64,000 nt of DNA from Octopus vulgaris (taxonomy: Eukaryota): contig OX597825.1 of NCBI GenBank assembly GCA_951406725.2, forward strand, positions 31,682,001 to 31,746,000, written 5' to 3'. The position numbers and the translations under genes were made by a program. Of the stretch, positions 1 to 12,358 are shown in pieces; the first letter of the stretch is position 1; each line of letters opens with the position of its first letter. The notes beneath the pieces were generated by a model that worked only from the letters and a program-made list of their open reading frames with translations, ran no database searches and was not told where the DNA came from.

Positions 1-494
1 ACGAAAACAAGATCGGTGATTGAACAGAGATGTTCCCGTAGTTAAAACATTTCCGAGCAATATACAATCATACATGCACATATATCTATATAAATATATA
101 TGTGTGTGTGCTTCATAGTAAACTATGTGTATGCATGTGTGTATGATATATGTGCGTGCATGTGTTTGGTTGTATGAGTGTGGGCGTGTGTAAATTTGTG
201 TGCTTGTAAGAGTGTATGCTTGTGTGTGTGTGTGAGTGAGGCTTTATAAGTGAGTGTGTGTGAATTTGTATGCTTGTCTGAGTGTATCCTTGTGTGTGTG
301 TGTAGGTGTGGGTGGGTGTGGTGGGGGCTGTGTGCTTCCCAAGGTACTTACACCCATGGCACCGGGTGTAGTACCTTGAGCAAGTGTCTTCTACTATAGC
401 CTCAGGCTGACCAAAGCCTTGTGAGTGGATTTGGTAGATGGAAACTAAAAGAAGCCCATCATATAATCGTATATATATATATATATATATATAG

Positions 495-671
495 GTGTAG
501 GAGTGGCTATAGGAGCAAGAGTGGCAGTGTGGTAAGTAGCTTGCTTACCAATCACATGGTTCCAGATTCAGTCCCATAACATAGCACCTTGGGCAAGTGT
601 CTTCTACTTTAGCTTCAGGCCGATCAAAGCCTCTTGAGTGGATTCGGTAGGCAGAAGCTGAAAGAAGCCCG

Positions 672-705
<34 letters not shown>

Positions 706-930
706 ATGTGTGTGTGCGTGTGTGTGCGTGTGTGTGCATGTGCGTGTGTGTATATATTTGTGTGTCTGTGTTTGTCCCCACCCCACCCCCACCATCAAGC
801 GAAGGGAGACCAATAGAATAAGTACTAGGCTTACAAAGAATAAATCCTGAGGTTGATTTGTTCAACAAAAGGCAGTGCTCCAGCATGGCTGCAGTCAAAT
901 GAATGAAACAAATTAAAAAATAAAAGAATA
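495..930 (+). mobile_element. tRNA-derived SINE family A (internal microsatellite), full copy; partial copy at ~325-470
   Basis: Head GGAGTGGC..GTGGTAAG with B-box-like GGTTCCAGATTCAGTCCC, then GCACCTTGGGCAAGTGTCTT, internal (TG)n and tail GTGCTCCAGCATGGCTGCAGTCAAATGA; same sequence recurs more than 10 times in the window. Confidence 0.85.
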
Positions 931-1629
931 TATAAATACACACACACACACGCATACATTCAAAGAGATAGGTATATGAAGAAATAAATCCTATCTACTT
1001 GTAACTCAACACTCTGAAGCATCTCAGGAAAGGACTGATGCAAGAGGAAGCATGACAATCTCCTGATCGAAATCGCTAAGTGGTTTACCTTCAAAGAGTG
1101 AAGTCCAACAATCAATGAGCATCCCCACCAAAAAATATCAAATTCTTTAGAAATTTAAGGCTCCTAAGGCAAAAGCAATTCTGGGTGACCAATTTTCTAT
1201 TTTACAGCAAGTCTTTGACTGGGAAATACCATTGGATCTGGAGGGTATGCTCATCTTTCTATCCAGGAGTACAGAAACAATCATCATAGCTGGACTCAGA
1301 GTGCTCTGGGAGGACACTATTGACATTATTCACCTTTTGAAAAAAAAGAAAAAAAAACTGATGCAGTTCTTGTCAAAGGATCACATGCAGCCTCATTCTC
1401 CATTGAAGATAGTTGCTAGTAAGTTTCCCAGTAAGATTAGCGTGTTATTTCTGACAAAAAATTGACTTGGAACCCAAACAATTGAAGGAATCCACTAGCA
1501 AGATAATCATGTCAGCTGAGGCCAGCTGAAGGTGGTTGTGATGAACAAGATTCTGCAAATGAATCCCTTCTCAAGACAAAAGCAATTTCCGTTCTTATTT
1601 CCCTCCACAGGTGAAGTGTACAGGCTAAA

Positions 1630-1860
1630 GGCAGTGAGCTGGCAGAAACGTTAGCACGCTGGGCAAAATGTTTAGCGGTATTTAAATCTGCCGCTACGAT
1701 CTGAGTTCAAATTCCGCCAAGGTCAACTTTGCCTTTCATCCTTTCGGGGTCGATCAAATAAGTACCACTTATGTACTAGGGTCGTTGTAATCGACTTAAT
1801 CCATTTGTCTGTCCTTGTTTGTCCTTTTTGCATGTAGCCCCTTGTGGGCAGTAAAGAAAT
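1630..1860 (+). mobile_element. SINE family B with long target-site duplication
   Basis: GGCAGTGAGCTGGCAGAA..GAGTTCAAATTCCGCC..GCCTTTCATCCTTTCGGGGTCGAT..; AGGTGAAGTGTACAGGCTAA duplicated at 1609-1628 and 1861-1880. Confidence 0.9.
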
Positions 1861-2217
1861 AGGTGAAGTGTACAGGCTAAAGGCCAAAATGCTTGTGACC
1901 CTGTGATATATGCTAAAGATACAGAAGAGTTCCCGACAATGGAGTAGCTTTAGTCACCATCAGGACAAGAGCTTACAACATCTTTTAGTTTCTGATGGTG
2001 GTATAGCATTTTTGATATTCATCTTACTCTCTAACTCACCCTCCTTTCTTTCCCAACTGGGGTGTCCATGTATCTACTCTACAGCAAGACCCTTATTCCT
2101 GTCCCTCTATACCTTTACTCTCTTGTCAACTGGCACAAAGCCATCCACCATCAATACTACCTCCCACCTCCCAACTGAGAGTTATTTTTTTTCTTTTGCG
2201 AAGTACTTGGTGACTCT

Positions 2218-2445
2218 GTTGGTGCTGGTGCCACATAAAAAGCACTGATGTTGGTACCACATGAAAAGCACCCAGTACAGCCTGTTAAGTGGTTAGCATT
2301 AGGAGGGGCATCTAGCTGTTGAAAGCATGTCAAAACAGACAAATGGACCAGGTGCAGTCTCCGGCCCTGCCAGCTGCTGTCAAACTGTCCAACCCGTGCC
2401 AGCATGGAAGACAGACATTAAACAATGATGATGATGATGATGGTG
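2218..2445 (+). mobile_element. SINE/LINE-tail family E ending in (GAT)n
   Basis: AAAAGCACC..AGGAGGGGCATCTAGC..CCAACCCGTGCCAGCATGGAA..TTAAAC(GAT)n; homologous to copies at 23347, 47338, 58325 and 63452. Confidence 0.75.
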
Positions 2446-2682
2446 ATATACCTTTTATCTTTCGTCATTAGACTTTGGGCATGCTGGAACACAGCCCTCA
2501 AGGGTTTTGTTGTGGTTGAACAAATTGTCCCCTGTACTTATTTTTAAAAATCTGTTTTTTTATTTTATCGGTCTCTTATGCTAAACCAGTAAGTTACAGG
2601 GATGTCAGTAAACCAACACCAGTTGCTAAGCAGGCTGGGAAAACAAACACAGACATAAATGCATACACACACACACACGCAC

Positions 2683-2713
<31 letters not shown>

Positions 2714-3514
2714 AACAAATAAATAAATGCACACACATATATAGTGAAAGCAAGATGTTTAAGCAATGATAATGATTATGATGAAGATGATGATGATAAC
2801 AACGATGATGGTGGTTGTGGTGGTGGTGGTGTTCGTCCTCTTCATCATTGTCATCATGGTCTTGGTGGTCATGATGGTGGCCATGGCAGCAGACTGCATG
2901 GGAGATTGCTCAGCATGAATTGTTTGCCATGCAGAATGTCAAAAGTGATGGAAGTTGGCTATGAGTGCTGTGGGCAAGGGGTCTGGGTTCTATAATTCTT
3001 CAACAGTTTTTGAGGGTCATTTCTACAATTTCACATAAGAACCAAGTCCTTTCTTTACTATGCCTCCAGGTCAATGAACAATTCCTAATGACTACCTTAA
3101 CAAAGGCTGTGAACTTGTCATGGAATTTTCACGGACGAAGAATACAAAATGGTTTATGTTGCCATTCTTTGAATATTTCCCACTTACAAAAAAAAAAACG
3201 GTCTGTTACTTAGATACAGGTGAGTTTGCCACATCTGCCAAGACAATCAGAATAGAAAGAAGTAGAACAAATTTTGCCAAGCATTTTGTCTAACACCTGA
3301 ATGATTCAATCCATCCACAATCCTAGTTGAGCTGACACTTTAATTTATTTACCTTGAAAAGGTGTTAAAAGCAAAGTTGATCAAGGTAGGTTTTGAACTC
3401 AGAGGAAAAGTGTGGAAAAAAGAAGCTGCCAGGCATTTTGTTCAATGCTCACAATTCTATCAAGTTCCCAGCATTTAAAGTTATTTCTTAAGTGGCATTC
3501 TATTGATTACAATG

Positions 3515-3818
3515 ATAGGGGTTCCAATTGATCTGATCAATAGAACAGCCAGTTTATGAAATTGAATGTACAAGTGGCTGAGTACTCCACAGCCATACAT
3601 ACCCTTAACGTAGTTCTCAGGGAGATTTAGCATGGCACAAACAAAATGTGACAAGGCTGGCCCCTTCAAATTACAGGTACAACTCATTTTTGCCAGCTGA
3701 GTGAAATGGAGCAATGGGAAATAAAGTGTCTTGCTCAAGGTCACAAAACACCACCAGTAATTGAACTTATAACCTTACAATTGGGAGCTGAATACCTTAA
3801 CCACTAAACCAAGCATTT
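3515..3818 (-). mobile_element. tRNA-derived SINE family F (CORE-like segment)
   Basis: Minus strand reads tRNA-like head (GGTTTAGTGGTTAAGGTATTC..GTTCAATTAC) then GTGACCTTGAGCAAGACACTTTATTTC. Confidence 0.65.
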
Positions 3819-3884
3819 TCACTATAAAATTATTAAGGACAACCAGTAATGGACCTACCTACTATTACTGTCTGAAGACATAGA

Positions 3885-4330
3885 TTAGATAAAAGTGGGC
3901 TGAGAACAGGAAAATAATGGATACTTCCCTGTATGGCCCAGTCATCTTTGAAATCCCTGTTTGTCATTGAGTTGCTTGTATATCATTTGTACATGACTTC
4001 AATTGCCCTCAGGAGTCATCTGTCTATCCCAAAATTTTCCCAGCACTTTTCACACTACAGAACATGCGATCCAGTGAAAGGCTTTCTGTAGGTCATAAAA
4101 TGCAAAGTAGAGTGGTATATTCTTAACTAAGAACTTCTTTGCCATTAGTACATAAGAAATATAGCATATTGGTACAAACCAAAATGATATCTTAATCAAA
4201 TAAATTCTATTTTGTATTAACTTCACTATAATGCTCCAAACTAATTTTGTTACATGTTCCAGCAGCTGCCAGCCTCTGTACCTTGTCTATCTCGGCAATT
4301 TAGATTGATTTTGCTACACCAGTCATGATG
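3885..4330 (-). pseudogene. RTE-clade LINE reverse transcriptase fragment, decayed
   Basis: Manual minus-strand translation KKFLVKNIPLYFAFYDLQKAFHWIACSVV*KVLGK..GIDR*LLRAIEVMY, then VLSPLL; matches RT motif F.DL.KAFD and the G..QGS.LSPLLF region. Confidence 0.6.
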
Positions 4331-5109
4331 ACTAACACATTCTTGCTTAATCTGATTAACTAAGTAACAAGCATACCTTTAATATATTCTTAGTATCTTC
4401 ACAGCTATCCCTGATAGACTTGCAAATTGTTTTCCTGACATCGTTTACTTCATACTTTGCAATCTCTCAAGGTGTCTCTTACATTGGCACTGCTCATATT
4501 AATTGTTCGCTATCACTTTCATAATTCTCATTAAACATTGTTTCATTGTGACACTTCCGTACCTCTTTCTTTCCCCTGTTATTGGGGGAAAGTTTTGTTT
4601 TGGTTACACTTTTCCCTCAAAGACATCCTGATAAATCTAAACAAAATGAACTGCAATTGAGAATGCAACATTCTTGTCACGCTTCCAACACAGAACATTA
4701 GCTTACATTTAACTCACAGCCTCTTACCTGATAACATAAATCTATCATCTTTTACCCCATCTAACTTCTTAACATTTTACCCAGCTAAAACCTTTTTTTT
4801 TTTTTTGTGCCTGTCAGGTCTGTCATTTAGCCTTTGTGGCCTAAAGCATTACTTGTCATGCATTGATTGACAGTGCTCCAACTACAGAATTATTCAAAAG
4901 TATTCAGAGTATATGATTCATTATAAGCATCCACCTATGTTTCTGTCTTGTACTTTTAACTTCCCAATTTCTCTCTATATATAAGTATCTCAGTACTGAA
5001 TAAAAACTTTACCTCACATAGGAATAATTCAACTTCTCTTTTATTCCTGATTTGTTTTACAACTTTCTTATTTTCAACTTGATTCTCATTAATTTACTCT
5101 CTTTTCTCT

Positions 5110-5505
5110 TTTACTCTTTTACTTGTTTCAGTCATTTGACTGTGGCCATGCTGGAGCACCACCTTTAGTCAAGAAAATCAACCCCAGAATAATTTATTCT
5201 TTGTAAGCCTAGTACTTATTCTATCGGTCTCTTTTGCTGAACTGCTAAGCTACGGGGACCTAAACACACCAGCATTGGTTGTCAAGCTATGTTGGGAGGA
5301 CAAAGACAGACATACAAACATATACACACACACACATACATATACATATATACGACGGGCTTCTTTCAGTTTCCATCTACCAAATCCACTCACAAGGCTC
5401 AAGGCTATAGTAGAGGACACTTGCCCAAGGTGCCATATAGTGGGACTGAACTTGGAACCATGTGCTTTGTAAGCAAGCAACTTACCACAGCCACTCCTAT
5501 GCCTA
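5110..5505 (-). mobile_element. SINE family A, full copy
   Basis: Reverse complement of the 495-930 family. Confidence 0.85.
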
Positions 5506-6342
5506 TCATAAATTTTTGTTAAGGACTTAATGTTTATAATCATTGACCAGACTCTTTTTATGGTCAAGAATAAAACTCCTCTTGCCCTCATCACATCTGG
5601 AATAGCAGGTAACCAGCTGTCTGATTTTCTTAAATTTCTATCATAAACAATCCAAGAACCCCTTCTTCACATCCTAAGCCACAGCAATGACCTCCATGTG
5701 CCTTTATGTGATTCCGTGGGTCAAATACTAATGTTTCCCAACATGATCATTGAAGTCCTCAGCTAGAAAGTGGACATCACTGTCATTGCATATAATGGAA
5801 CAGGATCTCTTAGAATGGAAAGTCAGGCTTTGTACATCATTCTGATACTTAAACAGAAGCAAGTTGCTGTGTCTGGGGGTGGGGTACATATACATATATA
5901 TATATATTCGCTGCTTTCTTCCAAGGAATCTAATGCTCTTAACTTCGTTTTTCCTTGGGGCTGGCCAGATTGGAGCAATCTTGTGTGTAACCAGCCATAA
6001 TTGCGAAGATAATCTGGAACTGAACTGAGGAAAGAAAACTCCGAATGACCCGTCCTTGTTTTCTTTGTATCGTCTATCTGGATTCTTTGTTGTACCTTTC
6101 TTGTATCACCTGACTGTCTGGATGTTTTGCATTCTTGTCCCATTTTACATTTTTATATATATATATATATATAATAATAGTTATCGCCATACTAATATGG
6201 CATTCTTATAAAAATAAGAAAAAAGCTGTCCGCTTATTAGCTCCATGAGGCCATCGCCTTAAGTTAGCTATTTGATACACAAACTGTATCCATATAACCT
6301 TCGAACAAGGGAGGTCAGTCGCTCCACACTACTTGACCGGCA

Positions 6343-6384
6343 GCTACAGACGCGTTTCGGGGTATTGCCCCTTTTCAATGCAGC
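6343..6384 (-). ncRNA. Type I hammerhead ribozyme motif, U3-A8 core variant (inverted copy)
   Basis: Reverse complement of 7058-7099. Confidence 0.75.
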
Positions 6385-7042
6385 GTAGCCAGCCAGTAGG
6401 TGTCGCTTCCGACAATCTCTGTTCGATGGTTTTATTTACCTAGTTTCGGTGGAATACATCCACTTGTTTTCAATAATAGAAATATTAAAATAACTAAGTC
6501 TCTCTAAAAGAGAACAGCGGCAGCGTTCCCGGAAAATAATAGTTATCGCCATACTAATATGGCATTCTTATAAAAATAAGAAAAAAGCTTAAGGCGATGG
6601 CCTTATAACTAAGTCTCTCTAAAAGAGAACAGCGGCAGCGTTCCCGGAAAATAATAGTTATCGCCATACTAATATGGCATTCTTATAAAAATAAGAAAAA
6701 AGCTTAAGGCGATGGCCTTATAACTAAGTCTCTCTAAAAGAGAACAGCGGCAGCGTTCCGGAAAATAATAGTTATCGCCATACTAATATGGCATTCTTAT
6801 AAAAATAAGAAAAAAGCTTAAGGCGATGGCCTTATGGAGCTAATAAGCGGACAGCTTTTTTCTTATTTTTATAAGAATGCCATATTAGTATGGCGATAAC
6901 TATTATTTTCCGGGAATGCTGCCGCTGTTCTCTTTTAGAGAGACTTAGTTATTTTAATATTTCTATTATTGAAAACAAGTGGATGTATTCCACCGAAACT
7001 AGGTAAATAAAACCATCGAACAGAGATTGTCGGAAGCGACAC

Positions 7043-7113
7043 CTACTGGCTGGCTACGCTGCATTGAAAAGGGGCAATACCCCGAAACGCGTCTGTAGCT
7101 GCCGGTCAAGTAG
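7043..7113 (+). ncRNA. Type I hammerhead ribozyme motif, U3-A8 core variant
   Basis: GCTGCA-TTGAAAA-GGGG caata CCCC-GAAA-CGCG-TC-TGTAGC; stem I extends past a UAC/U internal loop (TGGCTGGC pairs GCCGGTCA, CTAC pairs GTAG); palindromic stem III; GUC site. Confidence 0.8.
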
Positions 7114-7404
7114 TGTGGAGCGACTGACCTCCCTTGTTCGAAGGTTATATGGATACAGTTTGTGTATCAAATAGCTAACTTAAGGCGATGGCCTCATGGA
7201 GCTAATAAGCGGACAGCTTTTTTCTTATTTTTATAAGAATGCCATATTAGTATGGCGATAACTATTATTTTCCGGGAACGCTGCCGCTGTTCTCTTTTAG
7301 AGAGACTTAGTTATTTTAATATTTCTATTATTGAAAACAAGTGGATGTATTCCACCGAAACTAGGTAAATAAAACCATCGAACAGAGATTGTCGGAAGCG
7401 ACAC

Positions 7405-7475
7405 CTACTGGCTGGCTACGCTGCATTGAAAAGGGGCAATACCCCGAAACGCGTCTGTAGCTGCCGGTCAAGTAG
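7405..7475 (+). ncRNA. Type I hammerhead ribozyme motif, second tandem copy
   Basis: Identical to 7043-7113, offset 362 bp. Confidence 0.8.
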
Positions 7476-7776
7476 TGTGGAGCGACTGACCTCCCTTGTT
7501 CGAAGGTTATATGGATACAGTTTGTGTATCAAATAGCTAACTTAAGGCGATGGCCTCATGGAGCTAATAAGCGGACAGCTTTTTTCTTATTTTTATAAGA
7601 ATGCCATATTAGTATGGCGATAACTATTATTTTCCGGGAACGCTGCCGCTGTTCTCTTTTAGAGAGACTTAGTTATTTTAATATTTCTATTATATATATA
7701 TATATATATATATAGCTGTGTACATATACTTTGGTCTCTCTCTCACTCACTCTTTCTCTCTCTCTCTCTCTCTCTC

Positions 7777-7832
<56 letters not shown>

Positions 7833-8095
7833 CTAGCAGAGATACCAGGCATTGCTCAGGATTAAAATGTCATAGTTTTTTATTGTTTTACTTGTTTCAG
7901 TCATGTGACTGCAGACATGCTGGAGAACTGCTCCTAGTCGAAGAAATCGACCCCCAGGATTTACTCTTTGTAAGCCTAGCACTTATTGTATCAGAGTGTT
8001 CTGCCAAATGGCTAATTTACGGGGACATAAACACAACAATGATGCGAATACAAACACAGACACACACACACACACACAAGCACACGCACATCTAT

Positions 8096-8160
<65 letters not shown>

Positions 8161-8388
8161 CATATATATATACATATATATTTTTTTTTTAATAATATAT
8201 TATCATTAATATTAGGAAATCAATATCAGAAAACTCCTCAGAAAGATATACAAGTGTGAAAAATAATTGTTGTATTAAAAATATATAAATAGATAAATAT
8301 AAATTTGTATAAAAATATATGTAAATATGTATAAGTATAAATATATAATGTATATGACAGTTTAAAAGTTTTGAATGAAGTATTTAAA

Positions 8389-8482
8389 GCATCTTACAAT
8401 TGTTTCACAGAAGTGCTGTCACTATAATGAAATCCTATATTGATAAGCATTTATAGACAACTCTTCTGCTCTTCAGAGATAT
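8389..8482 (-). ncRNA. Hammerhead motif, canonical core, long stem II
   Basis: Minus: TATCT-CTGAAGA-GCAGAAG..CTTCTGT-GAAA-CAATTG-TA-AGATG; stem II extends via TGTCTATAA. Confidence 0.7.
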
Positions 8483-8684
8483 AAAATTTGAATTTTGTAT
8501 AACATATTGAATGGTAGTTTTTTTTTTGTTTTTTTTTATAAATTTGAAGTAATATTATAAAATGGTGTTTGTTTGAAAAATAAATTAAAAATTAAAAATT
8601 ACTGCTTTTGATGAGAGTCTTTAAATCCATATATACTTCCTAGGTTAGTCTTCTGCAATAATCCATAATATTCATATGTAAAAT

Positions 8685-8725
8685 CCGTTATACTGTCTTG
8701 TATTTCAAATATATTCATCAGATGG
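8685..8725 (-). ncRNA. Minimal hammerhead motif
   Basis: Minus: CCAT-CTGATGA-ATATATTT-GAAA-TAC aagaca GTA-TA-ACGG; one CpG-type mismatch in stem I, very weak stem II. Confidence 0.5.
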
Positions 8726-9089
8726 CAGGTGTTATACAACTCAAAAAGGAAACCACACTCCTGTCTGTCTCACTAAGGTGATCAATGAGTAGGGCATGCC
8801 ATTGGTTCTTTACCGGTTCCAATCTCCATTCCTAATTTTTTTCTTTCTTTCTGCTAACCTGGCCTTTTTCTTTTACATTCTCTATTCCAACAGACTATCT
8901 TCAATTAAACATTTGTATGTACCTGATGAAAAAGCACACCAGACATCTGCAAAACATTTGTAATATTATGTAAGATGTGTCCAATGTGCTTTTAAAACGG
9001 TTGTAGTGTGCATGTCCCTGTTTTCAATTGGTGTGTTTATGTGGGGCTGATGGATGTGTGTATATGAAGTTGATGTGTGTGTGTGTGTT

Positions 9090-9318
9090 CTTATTTCTTT
9101 ATTGCCCACAAGGGGCTAAACTTGGAGGAGACAAACAAGGACAGACAAAGGGATTAAGTCGATTACATCGACCCCAGTGCATAAATGGTACTTAATTTAT
9201 CGACCCCGAAAGGATGAAAGGAAAAGTCGACCTCGGCGGAATTTGAACTCAGAATGAAACAGCAGATAAAATACCAGCAGCATTTCACCCAGTGTGCTAA
9301 CGTTTCTGCCAGCTCACC
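9090..9318 (-). mobile_element. SINE family B
   Basis: Reverse complement of the 1630-1860 family. Confidence 0.85.
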
Positions 9319-9408
9319 ACCTTCATGTGTGTGTGTGTTCCATGTTTGTACATATATGTATGTGTGTAAGGGTGCTTGTATGTGTGTATGAGGCTATCTA
9401 TCTATCTA

Positions 9409-9444
<36 letters not shown>

Positions 9445-9456
9445 TGTGCATGTATG

Positions 9457-9495
<39 letters not shown>

Positions 9496-10384
9496 CTATA
9501 TATCCAAAAGAAGCTCTTGTAGACTCTAGGACAAAGAAAGAACCATGTCTTTTCTTCTTGGATAAGACAAAAATTTCTCTCACACAAAGTGTAACTTTTA
9601 TTTAGTACAACAATCTCTCAAGATTGGCCTTCTTTACTGTAACTATAGAAACCGTTTTATTCCTATATGGGATACATGAAACAAACTGGGAGATACATAG
9701 AAGGGAGTTGTTATTTTACATTCATTTTCTATGCTTGAATAAATCAGCTGGTTGATGAGGTAGAGCAATTGTTTTTGTGTAGCTATACATCTTTCCTACT
9801 GTAATATATCAAAAGACATGGACAGCTGTGAAGTAGGAATATAGAGTGTGTGCGTGTGTTTTGATCAGTCAAGCATACTGAAGCAAACAGAGTTATGTGC
9901 CCATTAAGGAACACCAAGCGATGGCTATTGTGAGATTTCAGTTATGGATTTGTGACGGGTTGTCAAGCACAAAGCATTTGTTGAAATTTATGTAGATAGT
10001 TTTTTTTTTGTTTTTTACATGTAAGTGTTTATGTACATATTGGTATGTGTGTGAGTGTGTGATTGAGAGTGTATTTGTGTATGTGTATGTGTTTGTCAGT
10101 GTGTGTGTGTATGTGTGTATCTGCATGTAAGCATGTATAACACTTGATGGTTCTTCGTGATAAAAAGTATTGTGTGTGTATGTGAGTGTATGTGTGTGTG
10201 TGCATGCATGCATGTGTGTGTGTGCGTGCCTGTGTGTCTGTAATTATTTGTAGACACTTGACAATTAGTATTGTACTACCATAAGCTCCATTTCTAGCCA
10301 AACATGGCAGGCATGCCCACACACATACATTCATATTTACATACACACACAAACACACACTTGCACATAGATTTACATGCCAAT

Positions 10385-10427
<43 letters not shown>

Positions 10428-10538
10428 TGTCAACAGGTTTTGTTGAATTTCTGCTGCTTTTAAATAAAGCATATTACTCTACCCCTGGAATTTGAGTACT
10501 CTTTTTTCCACCTTGTTTCACATTTATGTGTTTACTCT

Positions 10539-10598
<60 letters not shown>

Positions 10599-10775
10599 CA
10601 TACATATATGTATAATTTTACCCTTACGGGCTATCTTTTACTGGAAAGCAATACTTTCGTATTGCATTACTATTTTCATTGAAACTTCTTCACTGTTCTC
10701 ATTCTGTTAACGTTTTGGCGTTCAGACGAGTGTACTGGCATAGATGTGGCAACATTTTAAATTTTGTCGAGGTAT

Positions 10776-10846
10776 ATGCAGCTGATGAAGACAAATCAAA
10801 TCTACGTTGGCAAACGTATTTGAAGAGTCTGAAACCAGTACTGCAT
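10776..10846 (+). ncRNA. Type I hammerhead motif, canonical core
   Basis: ATGCAG-CTGATGA-AGAC..(TCAAA/TTTGA, TACGT/ACGTA)..GTCT-GAAA-CCAG-TA-CTGCAT; perfect 6-bp stem I; lies in a ~490-bp block bounded by (TA)n. Confidence 0.75.
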
Positions 10847-11093
10847 TATCCGTTTCTAGGTTTTTCATTTTTCAGATGTTCTTCCTAGAGGTAAGACAAA
10901 TTTTTTTCATGTTTGTTGCACACACACGTCTTTACTAGTACATACGCAGTGAAGCTATACAATAGCGTCGTATTTATTACGATCGCTATTTTCCAGTAAA
11001 TATCGGTACTTCGTTGTACCATTTATTTACTTTTATATGTATATATATATTTCCAATGTGCATTATCACTTATTTTTCTTCTTACTTTCCCAT

Positions 11094-11133
<40 letters not shown>

Positions 11134-11414
11134 ACAGCCTTCTTTTACTTTCTGTCAACAAAATCTACTCACAATACTTGGGTCAACCTAGGGCAGTAAT
11201 AGAAGCCATTTTCCCCAAGGTGCCATACAGTGGGACTGAACCTGGAACCAAGTGGTTGGGAAGCAAATTCCTTACCATACAACTATATCTGCATCTTTGA
11301 AGATTTTTGTGAATAGGTTTTGTATTTTGATGTGTTGTTTTTTTGCAGTGTATTTGTGTAGCATAATGGCTTTGTCTATTATTTTGTTTTGTCTATTATT
11401 TTGTCTATTATTTT

Positions 11415-11650
11415 GAATTCCTATTGTTGATTAGTGTTTGGCCTATTCAATAAATATCATTATCAAGTGTTTCTTTCATGGAAGAGAATTTAAATGCTCT
11501 TCTAAGTAGGGATTTCACGACTGATATTTTGCCTATCTCTGAACAATTGGTGTCTATGTAAGTATTGTGTCATGGGTGCCAATGAATATGATGCTTGTGT
11601 CATTTTCTATCTGAATGTTTATGTGTGAAAATGAAGTCATTGTATTACTA
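11415..11650 (-). pseudogene. Penelope-like element RT C-terminal (thumb) fragment
   Basis: Manual translation QYLH(fs)TNCSEIGKISVVKSLLRRAFKFSSMKETLDNDIY*IGQTLINN resembles PLE YL...S..P...K...I..L..RA..I.S...E...I...L..NGY. Confidence 0.6.
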
Positions 11651-11820
11651 AGAGATTTATTTACACTGATCACAATGTTGAATTTTAGCAGAGAGAAGGA
11701 TTTGGTTGACTCAGAGTTACACTGAAAGATAATTGTCCGAGTTGTCCCATTGTGGGACTGAACTAAAGATCACGGTGCTAGGAACCAAACTTCTTAACCA
11801 CACAGTTATGCCCATGCCTA

Positions 11821-11892
<72 letters not shown>

Positions 11893-11932
11893 GTGTGTGT
11901 GTGTGTGTGCGTGTGTGTGTGTATGTATGTGT

Positions 11933-11993
<61 letters not shown>

Positions 11994-12291
11994 CATAACA
12001 AAATAAAATTGTAAGATACCGCATGAGTGGAAATGTATATGGAAGAAAGTTTGAAAATGCAATTTTAAAGATGTTTATTCACTTGACTGGTTTCACTTTT
12101 ATAGAAAAAGAATGTCAAAAGTAAAATGTAAAGCTTTGTTGTGTTAAGAACTGGTTGTCACAAAAGTATTAAAATACATATATACATTCTTTGATAATAA
12201 GAAAATGTAAAAAACAGTTTACAAGAAAGTATTTAAGAAAGTATTCAACAAAAAGTATTAGGAGTTCAATAAAAATCATGTTTGTTTGGTA

Positions 12292-12358
<67 letters not shown>

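Larger units (their letters stand above)
6173..7692. mobile_element. Tandem plus inverted array of a 362-bp hammerhead-bearing monomer inserted in (TA)n (retrozyme / Penelope pLTR-like)
   Basis: TAAGGCGATGG recurs at 6819, 7181 and 7543 (period 362); 6173-6588 is the reverse complement of the monomer; copies near-identical; (TA)n on both flanks. Confidence 0.85.

Noticed and set aside
1232-1465. 77-aa non-repetitive ORF
   Set aside because: No recognisable motif, interrupted by poly-A; possibly a decayed TE
6020-6062. CTGAGGA..CCGAATGACCCGTC hammerhead-like string in the TA-bounded 5908-6153 insert
   Set aside because: GAAA altered and stem I does not pair; not supportable without a consensus
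6491-6834. Repeat array resembling CRISPR
   Set aside because: Units are fully identical with no unique spacers; eukaryotic context, no cas genes
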